33,865 nt of DNA from Elusimicrobiota bacterium (GCA_046153645.1 JBJXGI010000032.1:1-33865); one strand, 5' to 3'. Counted from the first letter of the stretch, positions 17,613-26,985 are shown. The notes: generated by a model from the letters alone, not told the origin. Translations and numbers: made by a program.

Positions 17613-19476
17613 AGAAATAAAAAAAACACCGCCATCAGTTTATCTTCAATATTTCAATTTTTCTACTCAACTGGTTTTACTTGCTCTTGTTTTCTTTTTC
17701 CCTTTCCTGCCTGATGAAAAAATATCTCGTCTAAAATTGCTTTTTATTGAATGCGGAATTTTCTCCCTTTGTTGTTTGACTGTTTCAAGATGGATTTGGA
17801 CTATTAATGCTAAGTCTGAAAATAAAAAATCTTTCTTAGGGACAGTTAATATCGGTGCGGTATTTTTCTGGATGATTGTTTCTTCTGCTTTTTATTTCGC
17901 CCAATATGAAAACCCCATCGCCTCGCAGGAATGGAGGCGTCTTCTTTTGGGGTTTGGTAGTTTTTTAGCTTTCTATTTATTTCCTTGGGATGAAAATATC
18001 CAGAAAAGATTCGTTTGGGTTTGGTGTGCTGCTGCAAGCCTTATTGGTTTGTATGGGGTTCTTCAACATTCAGGCGGCTTTGCCATGGTTCAGGTTCCCC
18101 AAATGGATCGAGTTATGGGGACCTTTGGAAATCCCATTTTTTTCGCCGCTTATTTGGGAGTTTCTATTATTTTATCTGTGGCGGCGCTTAAAATGACGCG
18201 TGATTCTCTGCCCTCTCTTTTTATAATGGCAGGAATATTGTTTCAGGTTTCTGCTCTTTTTTTTAGTCAAACCCGAGCTTCACTGATTGGAATGTTTTTT
18301 ATTTTGGGGTTTGGGATGTTTGTTCGTTTTGGGATGAAGAAAGAGTATTTCAAATACGCGGTTGGATTTTTTATTTTATTAGGGGCGACTTTTTTCTTAA
18401 CTCGTCATATTTGGTCGCGTGATCAGGGGCATTACCTCATTTGGAGAGATACGCTTCGAATGTGGAAAGACCATTTTCTTTTTGGTGTTGGGCTTGGTCA
18501 ATTTCATGTGCAGTTCCCCTCTTATGCCCAGGCTGATTTAATCTCTAAATGGCCAAAAGGTGATTTCATTGTCAATTTTGCGCACAATGAATATATTCAA
18601 ACCTTAGCTGAAACAGGTGTGGTTGGTTTCTTGCCCTTTTTGGCCATTGTTTTTAGTTTTATCTGTTTTTGGTATCTGAATTGTCGGAAGAAAGACTTAA
18701 TTTATAAAAATATTTATTTCTATTCTGGTTTGGGTGCGATTTTTCTATTAATTCAGAATTTCTTTTCTGTCGATATGAGATTTTCTGTCTCATTTTTCAT
18801 CTTTTTCGCTTTCCTTGGAATGACAACAAAATTTATTTTATTAGAAGAAAAGAAATTGAAACTTGATTCCGATACTTCAAGAGTCGTTTTGCCCCAATCT
18901 TTTGCGCCTGTGGCCATTAAATGGTTTGTCATTTTTATGTTTTTTCTTGGAATGATTGGCTTTGTGCTGCCCAGAATTTTTAAACCTTATCAAGCTCAAA
19001 AAGAAGTGAGTGCTGCTCCTGGCTTTTTTGATGAGAGACTTTTGGACCCGGCAAAATCAATTCAATCATTAGAACAGTTGCATCAACAATATCCAAAAGA
19101 ACCCTCCATTTTAGAAAAGCTCAGTTATGCCTATGCCAAAGAAATGAAAACAACGGATGGGAAATTGAATATTATTATGGCAGAAAATGCTATTCGTTCA
19201 TATCGATTGCTCTCGGAAATTGATCCAACCAGAATAAGCGCTTATAATAATATGGCTAATATCAATTACACAATGGGACGAGTTGATGAAGCTGTGAAAC
19301 TTTGGAAAAAAGCCGTGGAAATAAAGCCGGACTTTTTAGATGCACATTTAAATTTAGGAAAAACTCTTTATGTCCAAGGGAATTTAAAAGAATCGGCTGA
19401 ACATTTTCAAACGGTTCTTAAAATAGATTCTTCAAGCTCTGAGGCCATTGTTTTTCTAAAACGGATGGTCGAATGA
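17605..19476 (+). CDS. O-antigen ligase (WaaL/Wzy_C)-family membrane protein with C-terminal TPR repeats
   Basis: Many transmembrane segments, GTFGNPIFFAAYL, SQTRAS.IG, IWRDTLRM....LFGVGLG.F, AHNEYIQTLAETG, and C-terminal TPRs (AYNNMA, DAHLNLG). Confidence 0.88.
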   Translation: MRKEIKKTPPSVYLQYFNFSTQLVLLALVFFFPFLPDEKISRLKLLFIECGIFSLCCLTVSRWIWTINAKSENKKSFLGTVNIGAVFFWMIVSSAFYFAQYENPIASQEWRRLLLGFGSFLAFYLFPWDENIQKRFVWVWCAAASLIGLYGVLQHSGGFAMVQVPQMDRVMGTFGNPIFFAAYLGVSIILSVAALKMTRDSLPSLFIMAGILFQVSALFFSQTRASLIGMFFILGFGMFVRFGMKKEYFKYAVGFFILLGATFFLTRHIWSRDQGHYLIWRDTLRMWKDHFLFGVGLGQFHVQFPSYAQADLISKWPKGDFIVNFAHNEYIQTLAETGVVGFLPFLAIVFSFICFWYLNCRKKDLIYKNIYFYSGLGAIFLLIQNFFSVDMRFSVSFFIFFAFLGMTTKFILLEEKKLKLDSDTSRVVLPQSFAPVAIKWFVIFMFFLGMIGFVLPRIFKPYQAQKEVSAAPGFFDERLLDPAKSIQSLEQLHQQYPKEPSILEKLSYAYAKEMKTTDGKLNIIMAENAIRSYRLLSEIDPTRISAYNNMANINYTMGRVDEAVKLWKKAVEIKPDFLDAHLNLGKTLYVQGNLKESAEHFQTVLKIDSSSSEAIVFLKRMVE

Positions 19477-20690
19477 TTTGCGATCATTTTGGAGTTTGTG
19501 GGGGCTGTTCCCAGCAAAATATTGCTTATGAGCAACAACTGGCTCAAAAAGAATTAATCGTAAAAAATGAATTAAGTTCTATTTCTATTAAAGAGTTTAA
19601 CTCGATTCTTCCCTCTCCTGATCTTTTCTTTTTTAGAAACAAGATGGAATTCTCATTTGGGAATGAGCGAGATATTGAAATTTATAACAAGTCCCAGCCG
19701 TCACCCCGGCTTGCCTGCCAAGCAACGTGGCAGGCAAGTTCGACCTTGAATGTTCATATCGGCCTTCATCCAAAAGGTCGTTTTGCTTTGGTTGTTCCAA
19801 CTCCAAATTGTTTAATTCTATCGAAAGAATCCCAAGTCATTTTAAATGTTGTTCAAGAATGGGCCAATCAACATAAGATTACGACTTATGTTAGAAAAAA
19901 CGGTTTGGGTGATTTGAGGCATTTGGTTATTCGGGAAGGGAAAAACACAGGAGAAAGGTTGGTTAATTTAGTGGCCAAATCCCAAACGCCGCATATTGAT
20001 GAATTAGCAATATCAATACAAAAAACTGGTTTGGTTTCTTGTTTTACTTGGACGGCTCACGATGGAAGATCAGATGTTGTTACGGGGCCACTCCACAAAA
20101 TTTTTTGGGGTCCCGGGTGGATTCAAGAAAAATTGGGAACGGTTCTTTTTCAAGTACACCCTTTTTCTTTTTTTCAGACGAACACAAAAGCTGCCGAAAA
20201 TATGATCGGGCTTCTGAGAAATAAAATAACTGAGGTTGGAACCATAGGTTCAAATTCTCGGCTTATCGATCTTTATTGCGGCGTCGGAAGCATTGCTCTT
20301 AATCTCTGTGACCTTTTCGATGAAACTCTCGGAGTTGAAATAAGCCCTGATTCGGTTAAAGATGCGGTTAAAAATACTGAATTAAATAACAAGCAGAAGG
20401 TGTCCTTTCAAGCCTCCAAAGCAGAGGATATGCTTTCTCTTATTGAGGGGCTCACTTCTTCGGATACTGTTGTGGTTGATCCTCCTAGAGCGGGGCTTCA
20501 TCCAAAAGTTATCGAAGCGACGATAAAAAGTAAGATAAAAAAATTATTTTATGTTTCTTGTAACCCTGAAAGCCTCAAGCGAGATTTGCTTTTATTAACC
20601 AGTCGTTTTTCAGTTGACAAAATTCAGCCGATGGATTTTTTCCCACACACACCGCATATCGAAACTGTCGCTTTTTTATCCGCGTCATAA
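19473..20690 (+). CDS. rlmD: RNA (uracil-C5)-methyltransferase, RlmD/TrmA family, lacking the N-terminal TRAM domain
   Basis: CDHFGVCGGC Fe-S motif, FRNKMEFSF, SFFQTN, DLYCGVG, DPPRAG, YVSCNP (catalytic Cys), DFFPHTPHIE. The exact target base is uncertain. Confidence 0.85.
   Translation: MICDHFGVCGGCSQQNIAYEQQLAQKELIVKNELSSISIKEFNSILPSPDLFFFRNKMEFSFGNERDIEIYNKSQPSPRLACQATWQASSTLNVHIGLHPKGRFALVVPTPNCLILSKESQVILNVVQEWANQHKITTYVRKNGLGDLRHLVIREGKNTGERLVNLVAKSQTPHIDELAISIQKTGLVSCFTWTAHDGRSDVVTGPLHKIFWGPGWIQEKLGTVLFQVHPFSFFQTNTKAAENMIGLLRNKITEVGTIGSNSRLIDLYCGVGSIALNLCDLFDETLGVEISPDSVKDAVKNTELNNKQKVSFQASKAEDMLSLIEGLTSSDTVVVDPPRAGLHPKVIEATIKSKIKKLFYVSCNPESLKRDLLLLTSRFSVDKIQPMDFFPHTPHIETVAFLSAS
19710..19738. 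repeat. Perfect 11-bp inverted repeat inside the methyltransferase CDS
   Basis: CTTGCCTGCCA-AGCAACG-TGGCAGGCAAG; the arms 19710-19720 and 19728-19738 are exact reverse complements. Confidence 0.85.
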
Positions 20691-20709
20691 ATTCGTAAGA
20701 TGTAAGTAT

Positions 20710-22980
20710 ATGGATATTTTAAATTCCCTTAATCAGCCTCAAAAAGAAGCAGCTGTTCACATGGAAGGCCCTCTCCTTATTTTAGCTGGTGCCGGTTCTG
20801 GGAAAACGCGCGTCATTGTTTGTCGAATTGCTCATCTCATTTCTCAAGGCGTTAATCCTTGGAATATTTTGGCTGTGACTTTTACAAATAAGGCTGCTTC
20901 TGAAATGCGTCAACGGGTTGATACCATTATTCCTGGAAAAGGGCGTGCTGTTTGGGTGTCAACATTTCATGCTTTTTGCGCCAAACTCTTAAGAGTCGAA
21001 GCGGCTGCTTTCGGTTTGGACCCTAATTTCGTTATTTATGATGACAAAGATCAACTTTCTATTATTAAAGATACACTCAAAGAATTGTTGATTGCTGAAA
21101 AACAATGTCACCCTGGACAAGTTCTTTCCACTATTTCTCGAGCCAAAGATGAAATGTTAGATGCGGGTTCGTTTATGATTCACGCACAAACTCATAATGA
21201 TCCGTTCCGTGAGCAAGTGGCTCGTGTTTATGAAATTTATCAACGAAAGCTAAAATCAGCCAATGCGCTCGACTTCGGTGATTTGATTATGAAAACAGTA
21301 GAAGGTTTTCGGGATAACCAACTCCTGAGAGAGAAGTATCAATATCGTTTTCAATATCTCATGGTTGATGAGTACCAAGATACCAATCACGCTCAATATT
21401 TACTCACGAAATATATTGCAGGCCCTAATAAGAATATTTGTGTTGTCGGAGATGATGATCAATCCATTTATTCATGGCGTGGAGCCACAATTAGAAATAT
21501 TTTGGAATTTGAGCGCGATTATTCTGGGGCTAAAGTAGTTAAACTAGAACAAAATTACCGTTCTTCTAAGAGAATTTTGGAAGTGGCTGGTCGAATTATT
21601 AAAAATAATACCAAACGAAAAGAAAAAGAATTATGGACTGATAACGATGAGGGCGAAGACATTTTTTTTAAAGAAATGATGAATGAGCAAGAAGAAGCCC
21701 GTTTTGTTGTTGATGAAGTTCAAAAACTTCAAAATTCCAAAAAATTTGAGTTAAAAGATATAGCAGTTTTTTATCGGACGAATGCGCAGTCTCGTGTGTT
21801 TGAAGATGCGCTCCGAAGAGTAGCTTTGCCGTATACTATTATTGGGGCACTTCGATTTTATGAACGCGCTGAAGTGAAAGACGCAATTGCTTACTTAAGA
21901 ACGATTGTCAACCCTAAGGATTCTGTTAGTGTTAAACGAATTGTGAATTTACCCGCTCGAGGTTTGGGTAAAAATTCATTGGGGCTTATTGAAGAGTATG
22001 CGGCTTCTCAGGGAATTTCTTTGTGGGAAGCTTTTGATAAGGTTCATGTCATTTCAGGTATTTCGCCATCCGCCCGAAACGGAGTTAAAAATTTTGTTGG
22101 TCTTATCAATAGTTTTAGAGTTCTTAATATTGAGCACACGGCCTCAACTGTGGTGAGGCGAATGCTAGAAGAATCAGGGATTTGGGACATGTGGGAGAAA
22201 GAAGCAGAAGATGACCCAGAAGCAGCTGAGAGGCTCAACAATTTACAAGAATTAATCAACGCGGCCAAAGATTTTGAAGAGCGCATTAAAGCACTCCCAA
22301 TTGACTCAGTTCAACCTGAAATTGAAGACAATAACCCTACCTTGGCACGCTTTTTGCAAGAAATAATGTTGTTATCTGACTTAGATGAATGGAAAGACCA
22401 GGGTGGAACTCTCACTCTTATGACCGTTCATTTGGCTAAGGGCCTTGAATTTCCAGGGGTTTTTGTAACGGGGCTTGAAGAAGGTCTTTTTCCTGTTGGT
22501 GATTCTGCTTTTGATATTGATGAATTAGAAGAAGAACGGCGCTTAGCCTATGTGGCAGTAACACGAGCGCGTGAAAAACTTTATTTAACTTGTGCTGCGA
22601 GCCGGAGAATTTTTGGTACACCGAGAATGAATATTCCTTCTCGTTTTATTGAGGAAGCCGGAATCTCGACAAAAAAGAAAACGTTTTCAAATTGGGAGAG
22701 TCATGACAATTCTTGGAAGGAAAATCAGTTCAACCAAATGGCAGATCACCCCTCAGATGATTTTAATCAAGATCCTGATTTCGCAAAAACAGCGGTTATC
22801 CCGGTCGCACCGCCTCAGAAGAAATATAAAATAGGTCAACGTGTGGTTCATCCTGATTTTGGAGAGGGAAAAGTTTTAGATGTAGAAGGTTCAGGTGATC
22901 ACGCGAAAATAACAGTGTTTTTTATAAATGGGTCGAAGAAAAAACTTTTGGTTAAATACGCCCCCTTAGAAGTTGTATAA
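20710..22980 (+). CDS. pcrA: ATP-dependent DNA helicase PcrA/UvrD
   Basis: LAGAGSGKTR, TFTNKAA.EM, VDEYQDTN, VGDDDQSIYSWRGA, LEQNYRS, EEERRLAYVAVTRA, and a C-terminal Tudor-like domain (GQRVVHPDFGEG). Start ATG 20710 (MDILNSLN). Confidence 0.96.
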   Translation: MDILNSLNQPQKEAAVHMEGPLLILAGAGSGKTRVIVCRIAHLISQGVNPWNILAVTFTNKAASEMRQRVDTIIPGKGRAVWVSTFHAFCAKLLRVEAAAFGLDPNFVIYDDKDQLSIIKDTLKELLIAEKQCHPGQVLSTISRAKDEMLDAGSFMIHAQTHNDPFREQVARVYEIYQRKLKSANALDFGDLIMKTVEGFRDNQLLREKYQYRFQYLMVDEYQDTNHAQYLLTKYIAGPNKNICVVGDDDQSIYSWRGATIRNILEFERDYSGAKVVKLEQNYRSSKRILEVAGRIIKNNTKRKEKELWTDNDEGEDIFFKEMMNEQEEARFVVDEVQKLQNSKKFELKDIAVFYRTNAQSRVFEDALRRVALPYTIIGALRFYERAEVKDAIAYLRTIVNPKDSVSVKRIVNLPARGLGKNSLGLIEEYAASQGISLWEAFDKVHVISGISPSARNGVKNFVGLINSFRVLNIEHTASTVVRRMLEESGIWDMWEKEAEDDPEAAERLNNLQELINAAKDFEERIKALPIDSVQPEIEDNNPTLARFLQEIMLLSDLDEWKDQGGTLTLMTVHLAKGLEFPGVFVTGLEEGLFPVGDSAFDIDELEEERRLAYVAVTRAREKLYLTCAASRRIFGTPRMNIPSRFIEEAGISTKKKTFSNWESHDNSWKENQFNQMADHPSDDFNQDPDFAKTAVIPVAPPQKKYKIGQRVVHPDFGEGKVLDVEGSGDHAKITVFFINGSKKKLLVKYAPLEVV

Positions 22981-22990
22981 AAGGATAATT

Positions 22991-23284
22991 ATGTCAGAGA
23001 TCATTTCAATTAAAGATGTCCAACATGTGGCTAAGTTGGCCAGAGTTGCACTTTCAGAAGAAGAACAAATAAAATACCAAAAACAATTGGAAAATATTTT
23101 AGGTTACGTTGCTAAACTAAAAGAAAAAAATACCGATCAAGTGAATCCTACCGCGCATCCTTTGGATGTTGCCAATGTTTTTCGCGAAGACCATGCCCAT
23201 ACTTTTCCTCATATCAGTGAGTTGTTTAAAAATGCTCCTGAAATGGAAGAAACTTTTTATAAAGTAAAAAAGGTGATCGAGTAA
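22991..23284 (+). CDS. gatC: Asp/Glu-tRNA amidotransferase subunit C
   Basis: DVQHVAKLAR..L, IL.YV.KL, PT.HP, FRED, NAPE....YKV.KVIE. SD AAGGA precedes ATG 22991. Confidence 0.95.
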   Translation: MSEIISIKDVQHVAKLARVALSEEEQIKYQKQLENILGYVAKLKEKNTDQVNPTAHPLDVANVFREDHAHTFPHISELFKNAPEMEETFYKVKKVIE

Positions 23285-23285
23285 C

Positions 23286-24746
23286 ATGAAATTACACGAA
23301 CAATCGGCTCTTCAAATCGCAAAAGGTGTCCGAGATGGATCCTTCACAGCTCAAGAAGTTGTTGAGTCATCACTTATAGCCATTGCAAAACAGCAGCCAC
23401 CATTAAATGCCTATATCACAGTTTTAGAATCAGCCGCTATCGAATCAGCGAAAAAAGTTGACTTAAAGAAAAAATCCGGTCAAAAACTGGGGCCTTTGGC
23501 TGGAGTTCCTGTTGCGATTAAAGACAATATTATGATTGCAGGTGTACGCACCACTTGTGCATCAAAAATTTTAGGTGATTACAAAGCTCCTTATAATGCG
23601 CATATTATTGATCAATTCAATGACGCTGACGCTGTGTTTGTCGGAAAAACAAATATGGATGAATTTGCAATGGGTTCATCTACCGAACATTCTCAATTTG
23701 GGCTTACGCGCAATCCGTGGAATAAAGATTGTATTCCTGGTGGATCTTCTGGTGGGAGTGCTGTGGCAGTGGCCTCCCGAACAGTTCCTATTTCAATTGG
23801 AAGTGACACGGGTGGATCTATTCGCCAGCCCGCTTCTCTTTGTGGGGTATTGGGGCTTAAACCTACTTACGGAAGAGTTTCTCGATATGGACTCGTGGCA
23901 TTTGCTTCATCGTTAGATCAAATTGGTCCTTTCACTCATTCTCCTGAAGATATGGCTTTGGCGATGTCTGTCATTAGTGGTTGGGACGCAAAAGATTCTA
24001 CTTCTGTTGATCGCCCTGTTCCGGCTTTTGAAAGTGAAATTAATCAGCCTTTGAAAGGTCTTCGGATTGGGATTCCTAAAGAATATTTTGTTTCCGGGAT
24101 GGATCCAGAAGTAGAGAAAGCCACTCGCGACGCCGCTGAAATATTAAAAAACCTCGGGTGTGAAATTGTTGAGGTTTCATTGCCCCATTCAGAAATGGCT
24201 TTGGCCGTGTATTATATTATTGCCCCTTCAGAAGCGAGTTCTAATCTAGCTCGGTTTGATGGAATGCGTTTTGGATTCCGTAACAACCAAGCCAATAATT
24301 TAATTGAACAATATGCGTTTAACCGAAGAGACGGGTTTGGTCCAGAAGTAAAACGACGCATCATGATTGGGACGTATGCTCTTTCTTCAGGGTATTATGA
24401 CGCTTTTTATTTGAAAGCTCAAAAAGTAAGAACTTTAATTAAGCAAGATTTTGAGAATGTGTTTAAATCCGTTGATGCACTTATCACTCCCGTTGCGCCC
24501 ACCCCGGCATTTAAGATTGGGGAGAAGGTGGATGATCCGCTGACAATGTACCTGTCTGATATATTTACGATCCCTGCGAATTTAGCAGGGGTTCCTGGTA
24601 TCTCAATCCCCGCTGGTTTTAGTTCTAAAGGGCTTCCGATTGGGGTGCAATTTCTTTCTGATATTTTTAATGATTCTCTGTTGATGCGAATCTCTAATCT
24701 ATTTCTTAAAGAGACTCAATGGCATCAAAAGGCACCTCTCCAATGA
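23286..24746 (+). CDS. gatA: Asp/Glu-tRNA amidotransferase subunit A
   Basis: GVPVAIKDN, GKTNMDEFAMGSSTE, PGGSSGGS, GSDTGGSIRQPA, SSNLARFDG, GFGPEVKRRIMIGTYALSSGYYDAFY. Confidence 0.98.
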   Translation: MKLHEQSALQIAKGVRDGSFTAQEVVESSLIAIAKQQPPLNAYITVLESAAIESAKKVDLKKKSGQKLGPLAGVPVAIKDNIMIAGVRTTCASKILGDYKAPYNAHIIDQFNDADAVFVGKTNMDEFAMGSSTEHSQFGLTRNPWNKDCIPGGSSGGSAVAVASRTVPISIGSDTGGSIRQPASLCGVLGLKPTYGRVSRYGLVAFASSLDQIGPFTHSPEDMALAMSVISGWDAKDSTSVDRPVPAFESEINQPLKGLRIGIPKEYFVSGMDPEVEKATRDAAEILKNLGCEIVEVSLPHSEMALAVYYIIAPSEASSNLARFDGMRFGFRNNQANNLIEQYAFNRRDGFGPEVKRRIMIGTYALSSGYYDAFYLKAQKVRTLIKQDFENVFKSVDALITPVAPTPAFKIGEKVDDPLTMYLSDIFTIPANLAGVPGISIPAGFSSKGLPIGVQFLSDIFNDSLLMRISNLFLKETQWHQKAPLQ

Positions 24747-25783
24747 ACTGTCCTTCCTGCGGATATAAAAACGCCGAAGGGTTGCAATATTGTGTTCGAT
24801 GTCGAATGAGTTTTCACGCGTTATCTCTTGTTGTCTCTCGATTTAGAGATCATTTTTATTGGATTTTCAGACGTTCTGGCGCCGGGTTCATATCAGGGCT
24901 TGTGGCTTGGTTTTTTATTCCGGCTTTAAGTCGTGTGATATCTGAGGCTTTACCTGTTTGGTTGTTTTTCTCTCTTCAAGGCATTTTGGGCGGTGCTTTT
25001 TTGGGCACTATTGATGGAATGAGTGAAGAGTCGACTCCTAAAACAATGTTGGGGGCCCTGTTGGGCGGAATTGGCGGGGCTATTGGGGGAGGTTTGTTTG
25101 GATATTTAAGTCCGGGACTCAATCCTTCTCAAACAGTGTGGGGAATTTTTTTCTTTTGGGCATTTACTGGCGCTTGTATTGGGATTGTCTCTGCGTTATG
25201 GGAGAAAAAAACTCATAAACTCATTGCTGGTGCCTTGTCGGGTTTTGTTGGAGGTGGAGTTGGTGGTGCGTTGGGATATGCTGTGTATGCTTATTTAATT
25301 CAAGAATTTTCACCGCAATCATGGTTTCTAATCCGTCTTTCCGAAGGATTTTATGGCGGCATTATCGGACTCACTCTTTGGTTCTCTGTGGGAGCTGCTG
25401 AAAAGTTTATTATCTTCAAACGAAAACATGTGGGTGATAAAACCTATAAGCTTTGTCATAGTTGTCAAACTCATAATCCACTTCAGAGTTGGTACTGTGG
25501 AAAATGTGGAAGTGTGTTACAAGAGTTTGCTTCGGCTGCCAGTCTTCATTTAACGCCTTTTACCACGTTAGATAGATTAAAAGATTTTTTCCGGTTTTTG
25601 AGTCGCTTGGCCAGTACGACTGGGATAATTGGTGGGGTTGTTGTTTTCTTGGCTTTATTGCCAGTGCACAAAATATTGGCTTTGGTTGCGTTTATTTTGG
25701 TTTCTGTGGCGAGTTATGCCGCTCTTGTTGTTTTCTCTTCTCTAGCTGAATCCATTCAGCTCGTTATCAATCGAAAAATTTAA
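24743..25783 (+). CDS. Uncharacterised multi-pass membrane protein with two zinc ribbons and glycine-rich helices
   Basis: CPSC-x11-CVRC at the N-terminus and CHSC-x11-like CGKC internally, with about 8 hydrophobic Gly-rich segments. ATG 24743 overlaps the gatA TGA. Confidence 0.85.
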   Translation: MNCPSCGYKNAEGLQYCVRCRMSFHALSLVVSRFRDHFYWIFRRSGAGFISGLVAWFFIPALSRVISEALPVWLFFSLQGILGGAFLGTIDGMSEESTPKTMLGALLGGIGGAIGGGLFGYLSPGLNPSQTVWGIFFFWAFTGACIGIVSALWEKKTHKLIAGALSGFVGGGVGGALGYAVYAYLIQEFSPQSWFLIRLSEGFYGGIIGLTLWFSVGAAEKFIIFKRKHVGDKTYKLCHSCQTHNPLQSWYCGKCGSVLQEFASAASLHLTPFTTLDRLKDFFRFLSRLASTTGIIGGVVVFLALLPVHKILALVAFILVSVASYAALVVFSSLAESIQLVINRKI

Positions 25784-25788
25784 TTTTT

Positions 25789-26985
25789 TTAAAGCCAGAG
25801 TTTTTCTATTTGATTATCTCTTCCAACAAAAGGGTCTTTTAAGAATTTTCTGGCATTTTCATGGGATGACCATCGATTGGGCATTTTTAACAGTTCTCTA
25901 AATATTTTTTGTGCTTCGGGTTTGTTTCCTATGGCTTCAAGGGTAAGTCCTTTGTAGAGAGTGCTCCACGTTCCATAAGGATTTTCTGATGGGCTTAATT
26001 TGATGGCATCATTGAAATAAACAAGCGCGGCATCCCATTTTTTTTCTTTGAATAAAGAAATTCCTTTTGAAAAAAAACCTTCTGGTTTGGCTTTTTCTGA
26101 TAATACTCCGGTTAATATATCTTTCATAAAACTATCAGCTTTCATAATGAGTTCTTCTGTTCGCCCAGTGTTATAAAGATTGGTTATTTCCTGCATTCGG
26201 ATATAGGGGCTGTTGGCACTTTCGCTGGCTAGTTTGGTAATAATGTCATAAGCACGGTCTGGGTCCTTTTCCCCATAAAGATAAATATCATGTAAAAAAA
26301 TACGAGTTGGAACGGAAGCGTACATGGGGCTCATTGCGGCTTTTTCAAGTTGGTCTAAGCCTTTATGTTTATCTCCTGAAGCGCCCAAAAAAGCCAAAGC
26401 CCTTACGACGCCGGGCAAGGTTGCTACATAGTAATTAAACATTCCCAGTCCCATATAGGCGTCTGTTAAAAGAGGGTTTTTTTCTAAAGAAGCATTAAGA
26501 TATTTTGCGGCTTTTTTTCCGGAAAAATAAGCGGGGAGCCACCGTCCATTGGCAATTTGCCATCGTCCATATAAACCCCATATCCCACCGAGAACCAATT
26601 CCGCTTCTCCCGTTGAGTCGCCTCTGGAAATTTTTTTCTCACAAACTCTTATGCATGATTTGGCAAGAGCTTCAAACTTTTCGCCCTCATCTTTATTGGT
26701 TTCCAATGCAAGTGTTGATAGTTTCCACCATTGAATAGAGGCACTGGTAAAAGCAATAAGAGGGTGATTGTTTTCTTCCTCTTTTACTTGGTTAATGGAG
26801 AGATTGGCTTCTTCAAATTCTAGGTTATAAAGCTCTTTGAGGCTTTTGCGAATGGCTGTATCAATGAGAGGAGGTAACAGTGACATTTTCGTTTCTATTT
26901 CGCTGCTTTCAAGAGTCGAAAGACATAGAAAAAAAAGTACGCTCAGGTATTTAAATGAATGACGCATCTTAATAAATGATCTCAT
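25789..26985 (-). CDS. Exported tetratricopeptide-repeat protein
   Basis: Signal-peptide-like N-terminus, helical TPR patterns (DAYMGLGMFNYY, A..YF..AI.L.P, YKGLTLEAIG....A...F..L), and SD GGAG upstream. Confidence 0.8.
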   Translation of the reverse strand: MRSFIKMRHSFKYLSVLFFLCLSTLESSEIETKMSLLPPLIDTAIRKSLKELYNLEFEEANLSINQVKEEENNHPLIAFTSASIQWWKLSTLALETNKDEGEKFEALAKSCIRVCEKKISRGDSTGEAELVLGGIWGLYGRWQIANGRWLPAYFSGKKAAKYLNASLEKNPLLTDAYMGLGMFNYYVATLPGVVRALAFLGASGDKHKGLDQLEKAAMSPMYASVPTRIFLHDIYLYGEKDPDRAYDIITKLASESANSPYIRMQEITNLYNTGRTEELIMKADSFMKDILTGVLSEKAKPEGFFSKGISLFKEKKWDAALVYFNDAIKLSPSENPYGTWSTLYKGLTLEAIGNKPEAQKIFRELLKMPNRWSSHENARKFLKDPFVGRDNQIEKLWL

